NCBI GenBank assembly: GCA_035546035.1
Contig: DASZXC010000008.1
Coordinates: forward strand, 123,951 to 187,950
DNA: 64,000 bases
Direction of reading: 5' to 3'
DNA from: Minisyncoccota bacterium
Lineage (GTDB): Bacteria; Patescibacteriota; Minisyncoccia; Phycocordibacterales; UBA6065
Shown: piece by piece, positions 55,338-64,000 of the stretch
How the letters are laid out: each line of letters begins with the position of its first letter
Position numbering within the stretch: the stretch's first letter is position 1
Notes under the pieces: generated by a model
What the model was told of the DNA's origin: nothing
Seen by the model: only the letters and a program-made list of their open reading frames with translations
Databases searched by the model: none
Position numbers and translations under genes: made by a program

Positions 55338-57260
55338 ATGGCAATGCAATTTCAAAAGAATCCTAAGAACAAGAATAGGAAAGATATCCCTCGGCAGAGC
55401 ATGATGCGATTCCTCGGCAGCTTCGGTTCCGGGCTTCTCATATTCTTTTTCCTCATCGCGCTCTATTCGCTGCTTTCCGGAGGAGGCGATGCGGGGACGG
55501 CGATATCGCTGTCCGAGCTTTCTAACGACGTGAGCAAGGGCGCAGTCAAGGTCATACAGATAGACGGCACCGACCTGACCGCGACGTATAACGACGGCAC
55601 GACCAAGACGACGAAGAAAGAGGCCGACAGCCCTCTAACGACGACCCTTACTAATTATGGGGTCACGCCTCAAAAGATCTCTGCCGTTGATATACAGATA
55701 AAAGAGCCGTCAGGATTTTCGTACTGGTTCATCGCATTGGCGCCGTTCATCGTGCCTCTCATATTCATCGGCTTCCTCGTATGGCTTCTGACGCGGCAGG
55801 TCCGGGGAGCGGGCATGCAGGCGTTCTCGTTCGGCCAGTCGAAGGCGCGGATAACCCATCCTGACGACAAGAAATCGAAAGTGACGTTCAAGGACGTCGC
55901 GGGCGCGAAGGAAGCGAAGCAGGAGTTGATGGAGATCGTGGACTTCCTCCGCAATCCGAAGAAATTCCTTGACCTGGGCGCGGTGATACCGAAGGGCATT
56001 CTCTTGATGGGCGCGCCGGGCACGGGCAAGACCCTGTTGGCGCGCGCGGTCGCGGGCGAGGCAGGCGTGGCGTTCTTCTCTATATCAGGCTCCGAATTCG
56101 TCGAGATGTTCGTGGGCGTGGGCGCTTCGCGGGTGCGCGACCTGTTCAAGATGGCGAAATCGGCGGCGCCGGCCATCATATTCGTGGACGAGATCGACGC
56201 GGTGGGACGAAGCCGCGGCGTCGGCATGGGCGGCGGCAACGACGAGAGGGAGCAGACCTTGAACCAGATACTCGTCGAAATGGACGGCTTCGAGCCGAAC
56301 GAGAAAGTGATCGTCATGGCGGCGACCAACAGGCCTGACGTTCTGGACCCTGCGCTTTTGAGGCCGGGCCGATTCGACCGACGCGTCACCATAGATGTGC
56401 CTGATCGCAATGATCGCGAGGAGATCCTAAAGATACACGCGCGCAAGAAGCCGTTCGCGGAAGACGTCAATCTGAAGGTGATCGCGGAGCGCACGCCGGG
56501 CTTCTCGGGCGCCGATCTGTATTCGCTCATGAACGAAGGAGCGATCCTGGCCGCGCGCGAGAACCGTACCAAGGTCTCGCAATACGACCTGATCCGCGCT
56601 ATCGAAAAGGTCATGCTCGGCCCTGAACGCAAAAGCCATATATTGTCGCAGGAGGAGAAAAAGATCACTGCGTATCACGAAGCCGGCCATGCCGTCGTTT
56701 CTTCCACGCTCGATTATGCCGATCCGGTCCATAAGATATCGATCGTCTCGCGCGGGCGGGCTGCGGGATATGTCCTCCATCTGCCGCTCGAGGACAGGAA
56801 GCTTCAATCCAAGAAAGAATTCCTCGACGACATCGCCGTGTCGCTCGGCGGATATGTCGCCGAGCGTCTGATGTTCGCGGATCTCACGACCGGCCCGTCG
56901 AATGACCTGCAGGTCTCGACCGCACTGGCTCGCGATATGGTGACCAAATACGGTATGTCCGCGACGCTCGGTCCCGTGGCATTGGAAGGCGCCGGCGGCC
57001 GCGTATTGTTCGGCCGCGGCGTCGAAGAAGGAGAATATTCGGAAAAAGTAGCGTCTGAAATAGACGCTGAAGTGAAAGCCATCATGACCGAGGGCATGAG
57101 CCGCGCCGAAAAGACCATCAAGACGAACAAAAAATTGCTCGACGCCATCGCCAAGCGATTGATGGAAGTCGAGACGATAGAGCGGGATGAATTCGAAAAG
57201 CTCCTCGTTGCTCACGGCGTTACCCCGAAGAAGAAAAAGGACATAGAGCACCAGCCATAA
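55338..57260 (+). CDS. ftsH: ATP-dependent zinc metalloprotease FtsH
   Basis: N-terminal TMs. Walker [18 protein letters not shown] zinc site. 640 aa. Confidence 0.96.
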   Translation: MAMQFQKNPKNKNRKDIPRQSMMRFLGSFGSGLLIFFFLIALYSLLSGGGDAGTAISLSELSNDVSKGAVKVIQIDGTDLTATYNDGTTKTTKKEADSPLTTTLTNYGVTPQKISAVDIQIKEPSGFSYWFIALAPFIVPLIFIGFLVWLLTRQVRGAGMQAFSFGQSKARITHPDDKKSKVTFKDVAGAKEAKQELMEIVDFLRNPKKFLDLGAVIPKGILLMGAPGTGKTLLARAVAGEAGVAFFSISGSEFVEMFVGVGASRVRDLFKMAKSAAPAIIFVDEIDAVGRSRGVGMGGGNDEREQTLNQILVEMDGFEPNEKVIVMAATNRPDVLDPALLRPGRFDRRVTIDVPDRNDREEILKIHARKKPFAEDVNLKVIAERTPGFSGADLYSLMNEGAILAARENRTKVSQYDLIRAIEKVMLGPERKSHILSQEEKKITAYHEAGHAVVSSTLDYADPVHKISIVSRGRAAGYVLHLPLEDRKLQSKKEFLDDIAVSLGGYVAERLMFADLTTGPSNDLQVSTALARDMVTKYGMSATLGPVALEGAGGRVLFGRGVEEGEYSEKVASEIDAEVKAIMTEGMSRAEKTIKTNKKLLDAIAKRLMEVETIERDEFEKLLVAHGVTPKKKKDIEHQP

Positions 57261-57290
57261 AAAAAGAGCCGCTCCGAAGGAGCGGCTCTT
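57259..57290. terminator. Bidirectional terminator between ftsH and the minus-strand hypothetical gene
   Basis: aaaaaagagccgctccgaaggagcggctctt. Confidence 0.7.
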
Positions 57291-57291
57291 G

Positions 57292-57690
57292 CTATGAGCG
57301 CGCGGTCGCGCGCTTTCCCAAAAGCTCTTGGAAGAGTCCGGAGAATTCAATCCGGATCGCATGGCTCGGAATCTCCGCGAGCGGGATGACGCTCGCTCCC
57401 GATCCCAGCTCCTTTCTCTTGCCCCGAAAGGCGAAAGAATAGAAACTGCAGGCGCAGTCTTTGCCCTCGAACCAGAACTGCTCCAGAGTCTCGATCACGG
57501 GCTCCATGCGAGAGAGCGACACGTCCTCGAAATAGGGTCGGAGCAGGCCGTTGAGGAAGATGTCATGCGAATGGGCGCCGTTTATGCCGTAGGGCAGGGT
57601 GAGCCTGCCTTGCCACGGAAGAAGGACGAGCTTGCCGTCCTCCGTGAGCGGGGCGAACACGTAAAGTGCCGGTTTTATATTGAAGATCAT
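57292..57690 (-). CDS. Hypothetical protein
   Basis: 132-aa ORF, no recognisable motif. Confidence 0.4.
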   Translation of the reverse strand: MIFNIKPALYVFAPLTEDGKLVLLPWQGRLTLPYGINGAHSHDIFLNGLLRPYFEDVSLSRMEPVIETLEQFWFEGKDCACSFYSFAFRGKRKELGSGASVIPLAEIPSHAIRIEFSGLFQELLGKRATARS

Positions 57691-57796
57691 GGTACCTCCT
57701 CGCTCTATTATAAGCCCATGCCCGATATTTGTATCCTCACCCGGTCTGGTTTAGTATAACGGAGCCTCTTATATTATATAGAGCCTGCCGCATCTT

Positions 57797-57872
57797 GCGC
57801 CTATAGCTCAGTTGGTTAGAGCATCGAGCTTATACCTCGAGGGTCCTTGGTTCGAATCCAAGTAGGCGCACC
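57797..57872 (+). tRNA. tRNA-Ile with anticodon UAU (reads AUA)
   Basis: Manual fold of gcgccta-ta-gctc-agttggtta-gagc-a-tcgag-ctTATac-ctcga-gggtc-cttgg-ttcgaat-ccaag-taggcgc-a-cc. All four stems pair (acceptor 7 bp). T-loop TTCGAAT. Anticodon loop c-t-TAT-a-c. CCA not encoded. Confidence 0.8.
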
Positions 57873-57890
57873 GGGTCGTAGCTGATATTA

Positions 57891-59423
57891 TTGGAAGCAT
57901 CGAAAGCAATGAATATATTCACTTATCTCAAACGTCACTCGGTACTCGCCACGACGCTCGCCATCGTGGCCGTTATAATGATGATCATCGCCGGCAGGAT
58001 GGCCGCGCGCAAAGGCGCCGCGATAGAGACGAATCTGGGCGCCCGCCAGGTCGCATTGGTCGCCGCGTCCGCCTTTAGGAAAGACGCTTCGACCGTCTCT
58101 GCGAACGGCACCGTAGAATCTATCGCCCAGGCCGACCTGAAAAGCCAGACATCCGCGCCCGTCTCGTCTATAAATGCCCAGGTGGGTGACAGCGTCTATG
58201 CAGGTCAGGTCATCCTGGAATTGAAGAACGCCGACATCCGTGCGCGCCTCGATCAAGCGAAGGCCTCTCTCGCATTGGCGCAGGGCCAGTACGAGACGGG
58301 CACGGTGTCGCTCGATTCTGCTCGGACAGGCGCTCGCGACAAGGCGAGGGACGCCTATTCAGCCGTCGACCAGGCGGCGAGGGGCCAGCTCGACCAGTTC
58401 TTGTTCAATGCTGCATCGGGCGTTCAGCCCCTTTCCGCGCGCGTCTCCGACGCCAAGCTCATCGACCAGCTCCACGCCGATCGCGACGACCTCGAGAACT
58501 ATCTCGCTCCCTGGAAGGCTAAGGTCGATTCGCTTACCGATACTTCCGACAATGACGAGCTCTTGGGCGTGCTGGCCCAGTCCAAGGTCGTCCTCGCTTC
58601 GGCGCAGAAACTGTTCGACGACGCCTCGACGGCTCTCAATTCCTTGTCCAAAGACATGTCATCATCCGATGCCGCCACCATTTCAGGATGGAAGGCCGTC
58701 GTCTCGTCCGCGAAGGCGTCCGTTTCGGGCGCGAGCGCGGCAGTGACGTCGGCTGATACGGCGCTCCGCAACGCCCAGTCGGGCCGCGGCACGACGGCAG
58801 AAGCGTCTATTGCTTCGGCGGAAGCCGGCGTAAAGAGCCTCGAAGCTGAGCTCGCCAAGACGATCGTCGTCTCTCCTATAAATGGCAAGGTCGCCGCGGT
58901 GCCTCTCCGCGTCGGCGAACTGGCGTCGCCGGGGACTCTCCTCGCGAGCGTCGTCGGCAGCCAGGGCCTTCAGGTCAAAGCCTTCGCGAGCGGGGAAGAC
59001 ATAGCGCGCATCACCAAAGGCGCGCCGGCGACTATCGCCGGCGCGGTCCAGGGCGTCGTTTCGGCCGTCGCTCCGAGCGTTAATCAGACCAATAAGAAAG
59101 TCGAGGTGACGATAGCCGTCTCGAATCCCGATCGGACGAACCTCGTCGTAGGGCAGAGCGTTTCGGTGGCCATCAAAGGCGCGTCGCAGACGGGCGCGAA
59201 TGCTGCGGGCTCGTACTTCCTGCCGATCCAGAACGTCAAGATAGTCCCCGGCGACGCGTATATATTCACCATCAACGCTGATTCGAAGCTCGTAAAGCAT
59301 TCGGTCACGCTCGGCGCGGTCCAGGGCGATTTCATCGAAGTCACGAGCGGTATCGCCGACGACATGAGGATCGTCTCGCCGGTATACGAATTGGAGGAAG
59401 GCCAGAAAGTAGACGCGGAATAG
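57891..59423 (+). CDS. Efflux RND periplasmic adaptor (membrane-fusion/HlyD family)
   Basis: N-terminal TM anchor, long coiled-coil Ala/Gln-rich hairpin region, then C-terminal beta-barrel ..VVSPINGKVAAVPLRVGE...G. An alternative start is possible at Met 57909. Confidence 0.75.
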   Translation: MEASKAMNIFTYLKRHSVLATTLAIVAVIMMIIAGRMAARKGAAIETNLGARQVALVAASAFRKDASTVSANGTVESIAQADLKSQTSAPVSSINAQVGDSVYAGQVILELKNADIRARLDQAKASLALAQGQYETGTVSLDSARTGARDKARDAYSAVDQAARGQLDQFLFNAASGVQPLSARVSDAKLIDQLHADRDDLENYLAPWKAKVDSLTDTSDNDELLGVLAQSKVVLASAQKLFDDASTALNSLSKDMSSSDAATISGWKAVVSSAKASVSGASAAVTSADTALRNAQSGRGTTAEASIASAEAGVKSLEAELAKTIVVSPINGKVAAVPLRVGELASPGTLLASVVGSQGLQVKAFASGEDIARITKGAPATIAGAVQGVVSAVAPSVNQTNKKVEVTIAVSNPDRTNLVVGQSVSVAIKGASQTGANAAGSYFLPIQNVKIVPGDAYIFTINADSKLVKHSVTLGAVQGDFIEVTSGIADDMRIVSPVYELEEGQKVDAE

Positions 59424-59439
59424 CGCGCCATAGATCATT

Positions 59440-62400
59440 ATGGATCATAAGAATAACGAGCATTCATCCGACAGCCGATATCTCGAACGCCTGACGTTCA
59501 ATCCGGAGCTCCGAAAGACGTGGCTCAACTTTTTCGTCACCAATTTCCGCGTGGTCATGCTCCTTATCCTCGTCATCACGGCGTGGGGCATATATTCGTT
59601 CGCGAGCCTGCCGCGCGAATCGAATCCCGAGGTAAAGATACCGATCGGCATCGTTTCGACGGTCTATCCGGGCGCGTCCCCGTCCGACGTCGAGGAATTC
59701 GTCACCAAGAAGATCGAGTCAAAGCTATCCGGCCTGAAGGGCGTCAAGAAAATCACGTCGAATTCCTACAATTCGCTTTCGTCGGTTCAGGTCGAGTTCA
59801 ACGCATCGGAGAACCTGGCCGACGCTATTCGAAACCTTCGCGACAAGGTCGCCGATGCCAAGCCCGACCTTTCGACCGAAGCGAAGGATCCTATAGTCAC
59901 CGAGATATCGCTCGACGATACGCCAATGTGGGCGATCTCCCTTACCGGACCCTATGATGGATTCACTTTGCGCGCATTCGCCGAAGACGTCAAAGACCAG
60001 CTCGAGCGCATCCCGGGCGTCAGGGAAGTGCATATATCCGGCGGCGACGAGACCGAATACGAGATCGCGTACAGGCCCGACGATCTTATCTTTTACGGCA
60101 TAAGCGCCGACGACGCCAACCGCGCTATCTTGTCGGCGAACGTCGCCATTCCTGCCGGAAACTTCGAGAGCGGCGCGTTCATATTCCCGATCCGTGCCGA
60201 CGGCCGCATGACCGAAGCCGACGAGATCGGTAACATTCCCGTCACCCATATGGCCGACGGGGGAACCGTCTATGTCCGAGACGTGGCCAACGTATCCGAA
60301 AAGGCCGTAAAGAAAACGTCGTATTCGAGGCTCTCTATCGGCGGCTCCGATCCGAAGAATGCGGTCAGCCTTTCCGTCGTAAAGCGCCAGGGCGCATCGG
60401 TTCTCGAGACTGCTGCGGCGGCGCGAGCAGTCGTCAATGCCGCCATCGCGAAATCGTCGCCGGGCATCACGTACAACGTGTCGCTCGACATGGCCAAAGA
60501 GATCGAGAAGAGCTTCGATCAGCTTTCGCACGACTTCCTCATAACCGTGCTCCTTGTTTCGGTCATCTTGTTCCTCATCGTCGGCCTCAAGGAAGCGTTC
60601 GTGGCAGGTCTCGCCATTCCGCTCGTATTCTTCGTGAGCTTCGGCTTTCTCCACGTGTTCGGCATGACGCTGAACTTCCTGTCGCTCTTCTCGCTCATAC
60701 TTTCGCTCGGCCTTCTCGTGGACGACGCTATCGTGGTGGTGTCCGCAACCAAGCAATATATCAATACGGGCAAATTCACGCCGGAAGAGGCGGTCCTATT
60801 GGTGCTCAACGACTTCAAATGGGTGCTCACCACGACGACCCTGGCGACGGTGTGGGCATTCCTGCCGCTCCTCATGGCGTCCGGTATCGTGGGCGAATAC
60901 CTTAAATCCATTCCGATCACGGTCTCGATCACGCTCGTCTCGTCGCTTCTGATCGCGCTCATGGTCAATCATCCATTAGCGGCTGTTCTCGAGCGCATTC
61001 GCATGACCAAGAAGCTCTTCTATGTCGCGGAAGCAGGCCTGGTCGTATTTGCGGGCATGATGTTCTATAACGCGGGTATGATACCGATCGTCCTCGGCAT
61101 CATCGCATTGGCTATCGAAGGCTGGCTCATATATTGGTATGAGAAGGGCGGCCGCGAAAAGATGGTCGAGAATGAGAGGCTCGTCGAAAGGGAATGGAAG
61201 GACGACGCTCTGGTCAGGCGCAAGCTCGCCGAGCAGGGCGCAAAGAACCACGATACGCTCACGTCGCGTTTCATACACGGCATCGTCAATTTCCATCGCT
61301 TCCTCCCAATATACGAGCGATCGCTCAAGCACTATATCTTCGACAAGAAGCGACGCCGATGGGTTTTGGGCGGCGTGACGGCTCTGTTCATCGCTTCTCT
61401 CATGCTCGTCGCGACGGGAATCGTCCGAAACGAATTCTTTCCGCAGTCTGACCAGGACTATGTATATATAGACGCGCGCGCGGCCGTCGGCTCGACGCTC
61501 GATCAGACGGACAGGCTTATCGCCCCTATAGAGAAGCGCGTGCAGGGATATGCCGAAGTCGGAAGCTATTCGAGCGTCGTCGGCCAGTCGAGCATCGCGG
61601 GCGGGGGATTCGGCGGCGGCACGGGCGCGTCGAACCTGGCGTCCATAACGCTTACCCTCAAGGACAAGAAAGACAGGGCGCATACGTCGTACGAGCTCGC
61701 CGATATCATCCGAAAGGACCTGACCGACGCGGATATTCCGGGCGTGACCATCAGCGTGTCGGCGCAGACGGGCGGCCCTCCGGCAGGCGCGGCATTCCAG
61801 GCCAATATCGCAGGCGACGACCTGACGGTACTGACGAAGATCATCAATGATCTGAAGCCGATCGTCGCTTCGATCCCGGGCGCGGTGAATGTGGATTCGT
61901 CTCTTAAAGATTCCGTCCCAGAATATACGTTCAAGCTCGACCAGACGGCGCTCGAGCGCAATTATCTGACCGCCGCTTCCGTCGGCACGACCCTTCGCAC
62001 CGCGGTTTCCGGCGTCGAATTGATGAAGGTCATAAAAGGGGAGAAAGAGATCAGCCTTCAGGCGACGTTCGACCGCGCCTCTATCCCTGACCTCGCTTCG
62101 ATCCAGAATCTCGAGATATTGAATGCACAGAAGCAGCCGGTATTCCTAAAAGACGTCGCGACGATCGAATTGCGCCCGGCCGTGGACACGATCACGCGCA
62201 TAGACCAGAAGCGCACGGTCGTCCTGACCGCCGCCGCCGACTCGACGACGAACGGCCCAGCGCTCCTCGCCGCATTCCAGAAAAAGACCGCCGACTACCG
62301 CTTGCCGGCAGGCTACACCATCACGTTCGGCGGCGAGAACGAGCAGAACGCCGAATCGTTCGCGTCTATACTCCGCGCTATGTTGATCGCCATGGTGCTC

Positions 62401-62847
62401 ATCGTCTCGACGCTCGTCATCCAGTTCAATTCGTTCAGGAAGGCGATCATCGTCCTGGTGCCGATCCCTTTGGCGCTTATCGGCGTATTCTGGGGCATGG
62501 CGGTATTCGACGTGTCGCTCGGCTTGCCCGGTTTGATCGGCATTCTCGCCCTATTCGGCATCGTGGTCAAAAACTCGATCATCCTGGTGGACAAGATCAA
62601 TCTGAACCTGAAGAGCGGCATCGCATTCGTCGACGCCGTCGCCGATGCGGGCAAGTCGCGACTGGAGGCCATCTTCATCACCTCCATCTGCACCATATTC
62701 GGCATATTGCCGGTGACGCTTTCCGATGAATTCTGGCGCGCGCTCGGCAGCTCGGTCATATTCGGCCTCATGCTGTCGTCGTTCCTGACGCTCTATATAG
62801 TGCCGGCGGTGTATCTCATCGTGATGAGGTCCAAAGAGGGAGAGTAG
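59440..62847 (+). CDS. RND superfamily efflux transporter permease (AcrB/HAE-like), 1135 aa
   Basis: Twelve-TM, two-large-loop architecture. Conserved ..FNPELRKTWLNFFV.. N-terminus and ..SLGLLVDDAIVVV.. TM4 motif. Confidence 0.85.
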   Translation: MDHKNNEHSSDSRYLERLTFNPELRKTWLNFFVTNFRVVMLLILVITAWGIYSFASLPRESNPEVKIPIGIVSTVYPGASPSDVEEFVTKKIESKLSGLKGVKKITSNSYNSLSSVQVEFNASENLADAIRNLRDKVADAKPDLSTEAKDPIVTEISLDDTPMWAISLTGPYDGFTLRAFAEDVKDQLERIPGVREVHISGGDETEYEIAYRPDDLIFYGISADDANRAILSANVAIPAGNFESGAFIFPIRADGRMTEADEIGNIPVTHMADGGTVYVRDVANVSEKAVKKTSYSRLSIGGSDPKNAVSLSVVKRQGASVLETAAAARAVVNAAIAKSSPGITYNVSLDMAKEIEKSFDQLSHDFLITVLLVSVILFLIVGLKEAFVAGLAIPLVFFVSFGFLHVFGMTLNFLSLFSLILSLGLLVDDAIVVVSATKQYINTGKFTPEEAVLLVLNDFKWVLTTTTLATVWAFLPLLMASGIVGEYLKSIPITVSITLVSSLLIALMVNHPLAAVLERIRMTKKLFYVAEAGLVVFAGMMFYNAGMIPIVLGIIALAIEGWLIYWYEKGGREKMVENERLVEREWKDDALVRRKLAEQGAKNHDTLTSRFIHGIVNFHRFLPIYERSLKHYIFDKKRRRWVLGGVTALFIASLMLVATGIVRNEFFPQSDQDYVYIDARAAVGSTLDQTDRLIAPIEKRVQGYAEVGSYSSVVGQSSIAGGGFGGGTGASNLASITLTLKDKKDRAHTSYELADIIRKDLTDADIPGVTISVSAQTGGPPAGAAFQANIAGDDLTVLTKIINDLKPIVASIPGAVNVDSSLKDSVPEYTFKLDQTALERNYLTAASVGTTLRTAVSGVELMKVIKGEKEISLQATFDRASIPDLASIQNLEILNAQKQPVFLKDVATIELRPAVDTITRIDQKRTVVLTAAADSTTNGPALLAAFQKKTADYRLPAGYTITFGGENEQNAESFASILRAMLIAMVLIVSTLVIQFNSFRKAIIVLVPIPLALIGVFWGMAVFDVSLGLPGLIGILALFGIVVKNSIILVDKINLNLKSGIAFVDAVADAGKSRLEAIFITSICTIFGILPVTLSDEFWRALGSSVIFGLMLSSFLTLYIVPAVYLIVMRSKEGE

Positions 62848-62877
62848 ATTGACTTTTCTATAGAAAGTGCTATAATA
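62848..62877 (+). promoter_or_regulatory. Near-consensus sigma70 promoter (TTGACT-17 nt-TATAAT) with no downstream protein gene
   Basis: ttgact at 62848-53, a 17-nt spacer, tataat at 62872-77. Confidence 0.65.
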
Positions 62878-62883
62878 CACAAA

Positions 62884-63118
62884 GGATACTCATTGGAGGT
62901 TTGATGCTACCCGCCACATGGTGTGACGGAGTGCAATTAGCCTCCAATGAGTCGAAAAAGAACGAAGCTGACGAAGAGTGATAGGCGAGTGCTTAAAAAC
63001 TTCGCGCTAGAAGTAGTTGCCCTGTGGATCTTGGTCCTGCCTCTAGCCTATTGGCTTCTTTGGGCCCTTGATCACCGGTACGATTAAAATCAGAGCCGCA
63101 AGAGCGGCTCTTTTATTT
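62884..63118 (+). ncRNA. Candidate structured small RNA of about 230 nt, identity unknown
   Basis: Promoter at 62848-77. Immediate 12-bp perfect hairpin acucauuggagg...ccuccaaugagu (62892-62957) enclosing a second hairpin ccgccaca-ugg-ugugacgg. Intrinsic terminator agagccgc-aaga-gcggctct-tttt at 63092-63118. No ORF longer than 12 codons with an RBS. Confidence 0.35.
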
Positions 63119-63176
63119 CGTTCGAATGCTTGGCAGGCCGACACTCCTGAGAGACCGATATTCTTCGTCTTTTCTC

Positions 63177-64000
63177 TCATTCGAAATGTATCTTGTCCCC
63201 GGCTCGGCGCTCGAGCTCTGCGCGGAGGCGGGGGAAGCGGGTCAGCGAATCGTCTTCGCCGACGAGGCGGAGCGCCTCATTGCGGGCAGCTTCGACCATC
63301 TTTACATTCTGTATCGCTTCCATGGCGATGTCGGATATGCCCCACTGCTTCCTGCCGTACAATTCGCCCGTGCCGCGGAACTTCAGGTCAAATTCAGCCA
63401 GTTCGAATCCGTTTTTGGCGGTCGAAAGCGCTTTCAGCCGCTTGATGGTCTTTTCGCTCTGTGTTTCGGCGAGGACGAAGCAATATGCCTGGTGGTTCGA
63501 GCGCACGACGCGGCCGCGGAGCTGGTGCAATTGGGCGAGGCCGAACCTTTCCGCGCCTTCGATCAGGATGACCGTAGCGTTCGGCACGTTCACGCCGACC
63601 TCGACGACGGAGGTGGCGACGAGGATATGTATCTTGCCGCGCTTGAATTCGAGCATGACGCGCTCTTTCTCGGCGTCTTTCATCTTACTGTGCAAAACGC
63701 CGATCTCACATTCCTTGAACACGGTCTCTTTAAGGCGTTTCGCCTCTTCTTTCACCGATTTTGCCTGGACGGCGCTCTCTTTGGTCGGGTCTGGCTCGTC
63801 TATGCGGGGGCATATGACATACGCCTGTCGGCCTTCGCGTAATTGGGCGCGGATCGCTTCGTATGCCTGTTCCCGGTCCATGACGTCGGCACTCGTTTTG
63901 ACGCTTTTCGCCGGAGCGACGATCTTCGTTATGATCGGCTTCCTGCCGTGGGGCATGGAATCGAGGAGCGATATATCGAGGTCTCCGTAGATAGTAAGAG
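63177..64000 (-). CDS. recG: ATP-dependent DNA helicase RecG, C-terminal part (N-terminus off-window to the right)
   Basis: Minus-strand frame gives helicase motifs ..YVICPRIDE.. and HSKMKDAEKERVMLEFKRGKIHILVATSVVEVGVNVPNATVILIEGAERFGLAQLHQLRGRVVR (motif VI), typical of RecG. Confidence 0.8.
   Translation of the reverse strand, partial: LTIYGDLDISLLDSMPHGRKPIITKIVAPAKSVKTSADVMDREQAYEAIRAQLREGRQAYVICPRIDEPDPTKESAVQAKSVKEEAKRLKETVFKECEIGVLHSKMKDAEKERVMLEFKRGKIHILVATSVVEVGVNVPNATVILIEGAERFGLAQLHQLRGRVVRSNHQAYCFVLAETQSEKTIKRLKALSTAKNGFELAEFDLKFRGTGELYGRKQWGISDIAMEAIQNVKMVEAARNEALRLVGEDDSLTRFPRLRAELERRAGDKIHFE

Noticed and set aside
62884-63118. Assigning the candidate sRNA to SRP RNA (ffs) or 6S RNA
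   Set aside because: Could not find the SRP domain IV GGAA tetraloop/AGCAG motif or a 6S-like central bubble by eye, so left as an unclassified candidate.
1-64000. CRISPR arrays, transposases/IS elements, integrases, rRNA genes
   Set aside because: No regularly spaced direct repeats, no DDE/tyrosine-recombinase-like ORFs, and no rRNA-like sequence were seen anywhere in the window.

Overview
High-GC (~60%) bacterial chromosome segment, coding almost wall to wall and mostly on the + strand. The gene content points to a Patescibacteria/CPR-like organism: no L30, Lys/Ala-rich N-terminal extensions on several ribosomal proteins, and a type IV pilus plus ComEC competence kit (inference). Left part (300-9500): an island of nine consecutive secreted or membrane hypothetical proteins. 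Two of them are repeat-rich exported proteins that both end in the identical tail -FQEF-COOH. They tightly flank a polytopic membrane protein and a small CdsA/CarS-like membrane protein, which I flag as a candidate undescribed sorting or modification system. The same island holds a secreted fibre protein with a phage tail-fibre-type C-terminal intramolecular chaperone (Peptidase S74) domain. Next comes a compact type IV pilus operon (pilB, pilC, three pseudopilins, a giant minor pilin), then tpiA-pgk, HIT, recJ, rnhA with a C-terminal hybrid-binding domain, and a split comEC interrupted by an antisense sod. After that: rpmB, an M50 peptidase and an rsmC-like methyltransferase. The centre (26.2-45.8 kb) is the str-S10-spc ribosomal superoperon: rpsL-rpsG-fusA-[hypothetical]-tuf-rpsJ-[antisense major pilin]-rplC-rplD-rplW-rplB-[0.95 kb AT-rich insertion]-rpsS ... 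rplO-secY-adk-map-ndk. rpmC and rpmD are absent from their usual slots. Right part: a self-contained GC-rich expression cassette with a consensus sigma70 promoter, a beta-CASP MBL ribonuclease, infC-rpmI-rplT, ccdA plus a TlpA-like gene, fur(zur) and ZIP divergent around a 47-bp palindrome, a pspC-domain gene, smpB-ssrA (tmRNA), ftsH, tRNA-Ile(UAU), an RND efflux pair, a candidate structured ncRNA with a consensus promoter, and the 3' part of recG. No CRISPR array, transposase or rRNA was seen. Family assignments rest on reading motifs and gene order by eye. No database search or RNA/structure prediction was run.
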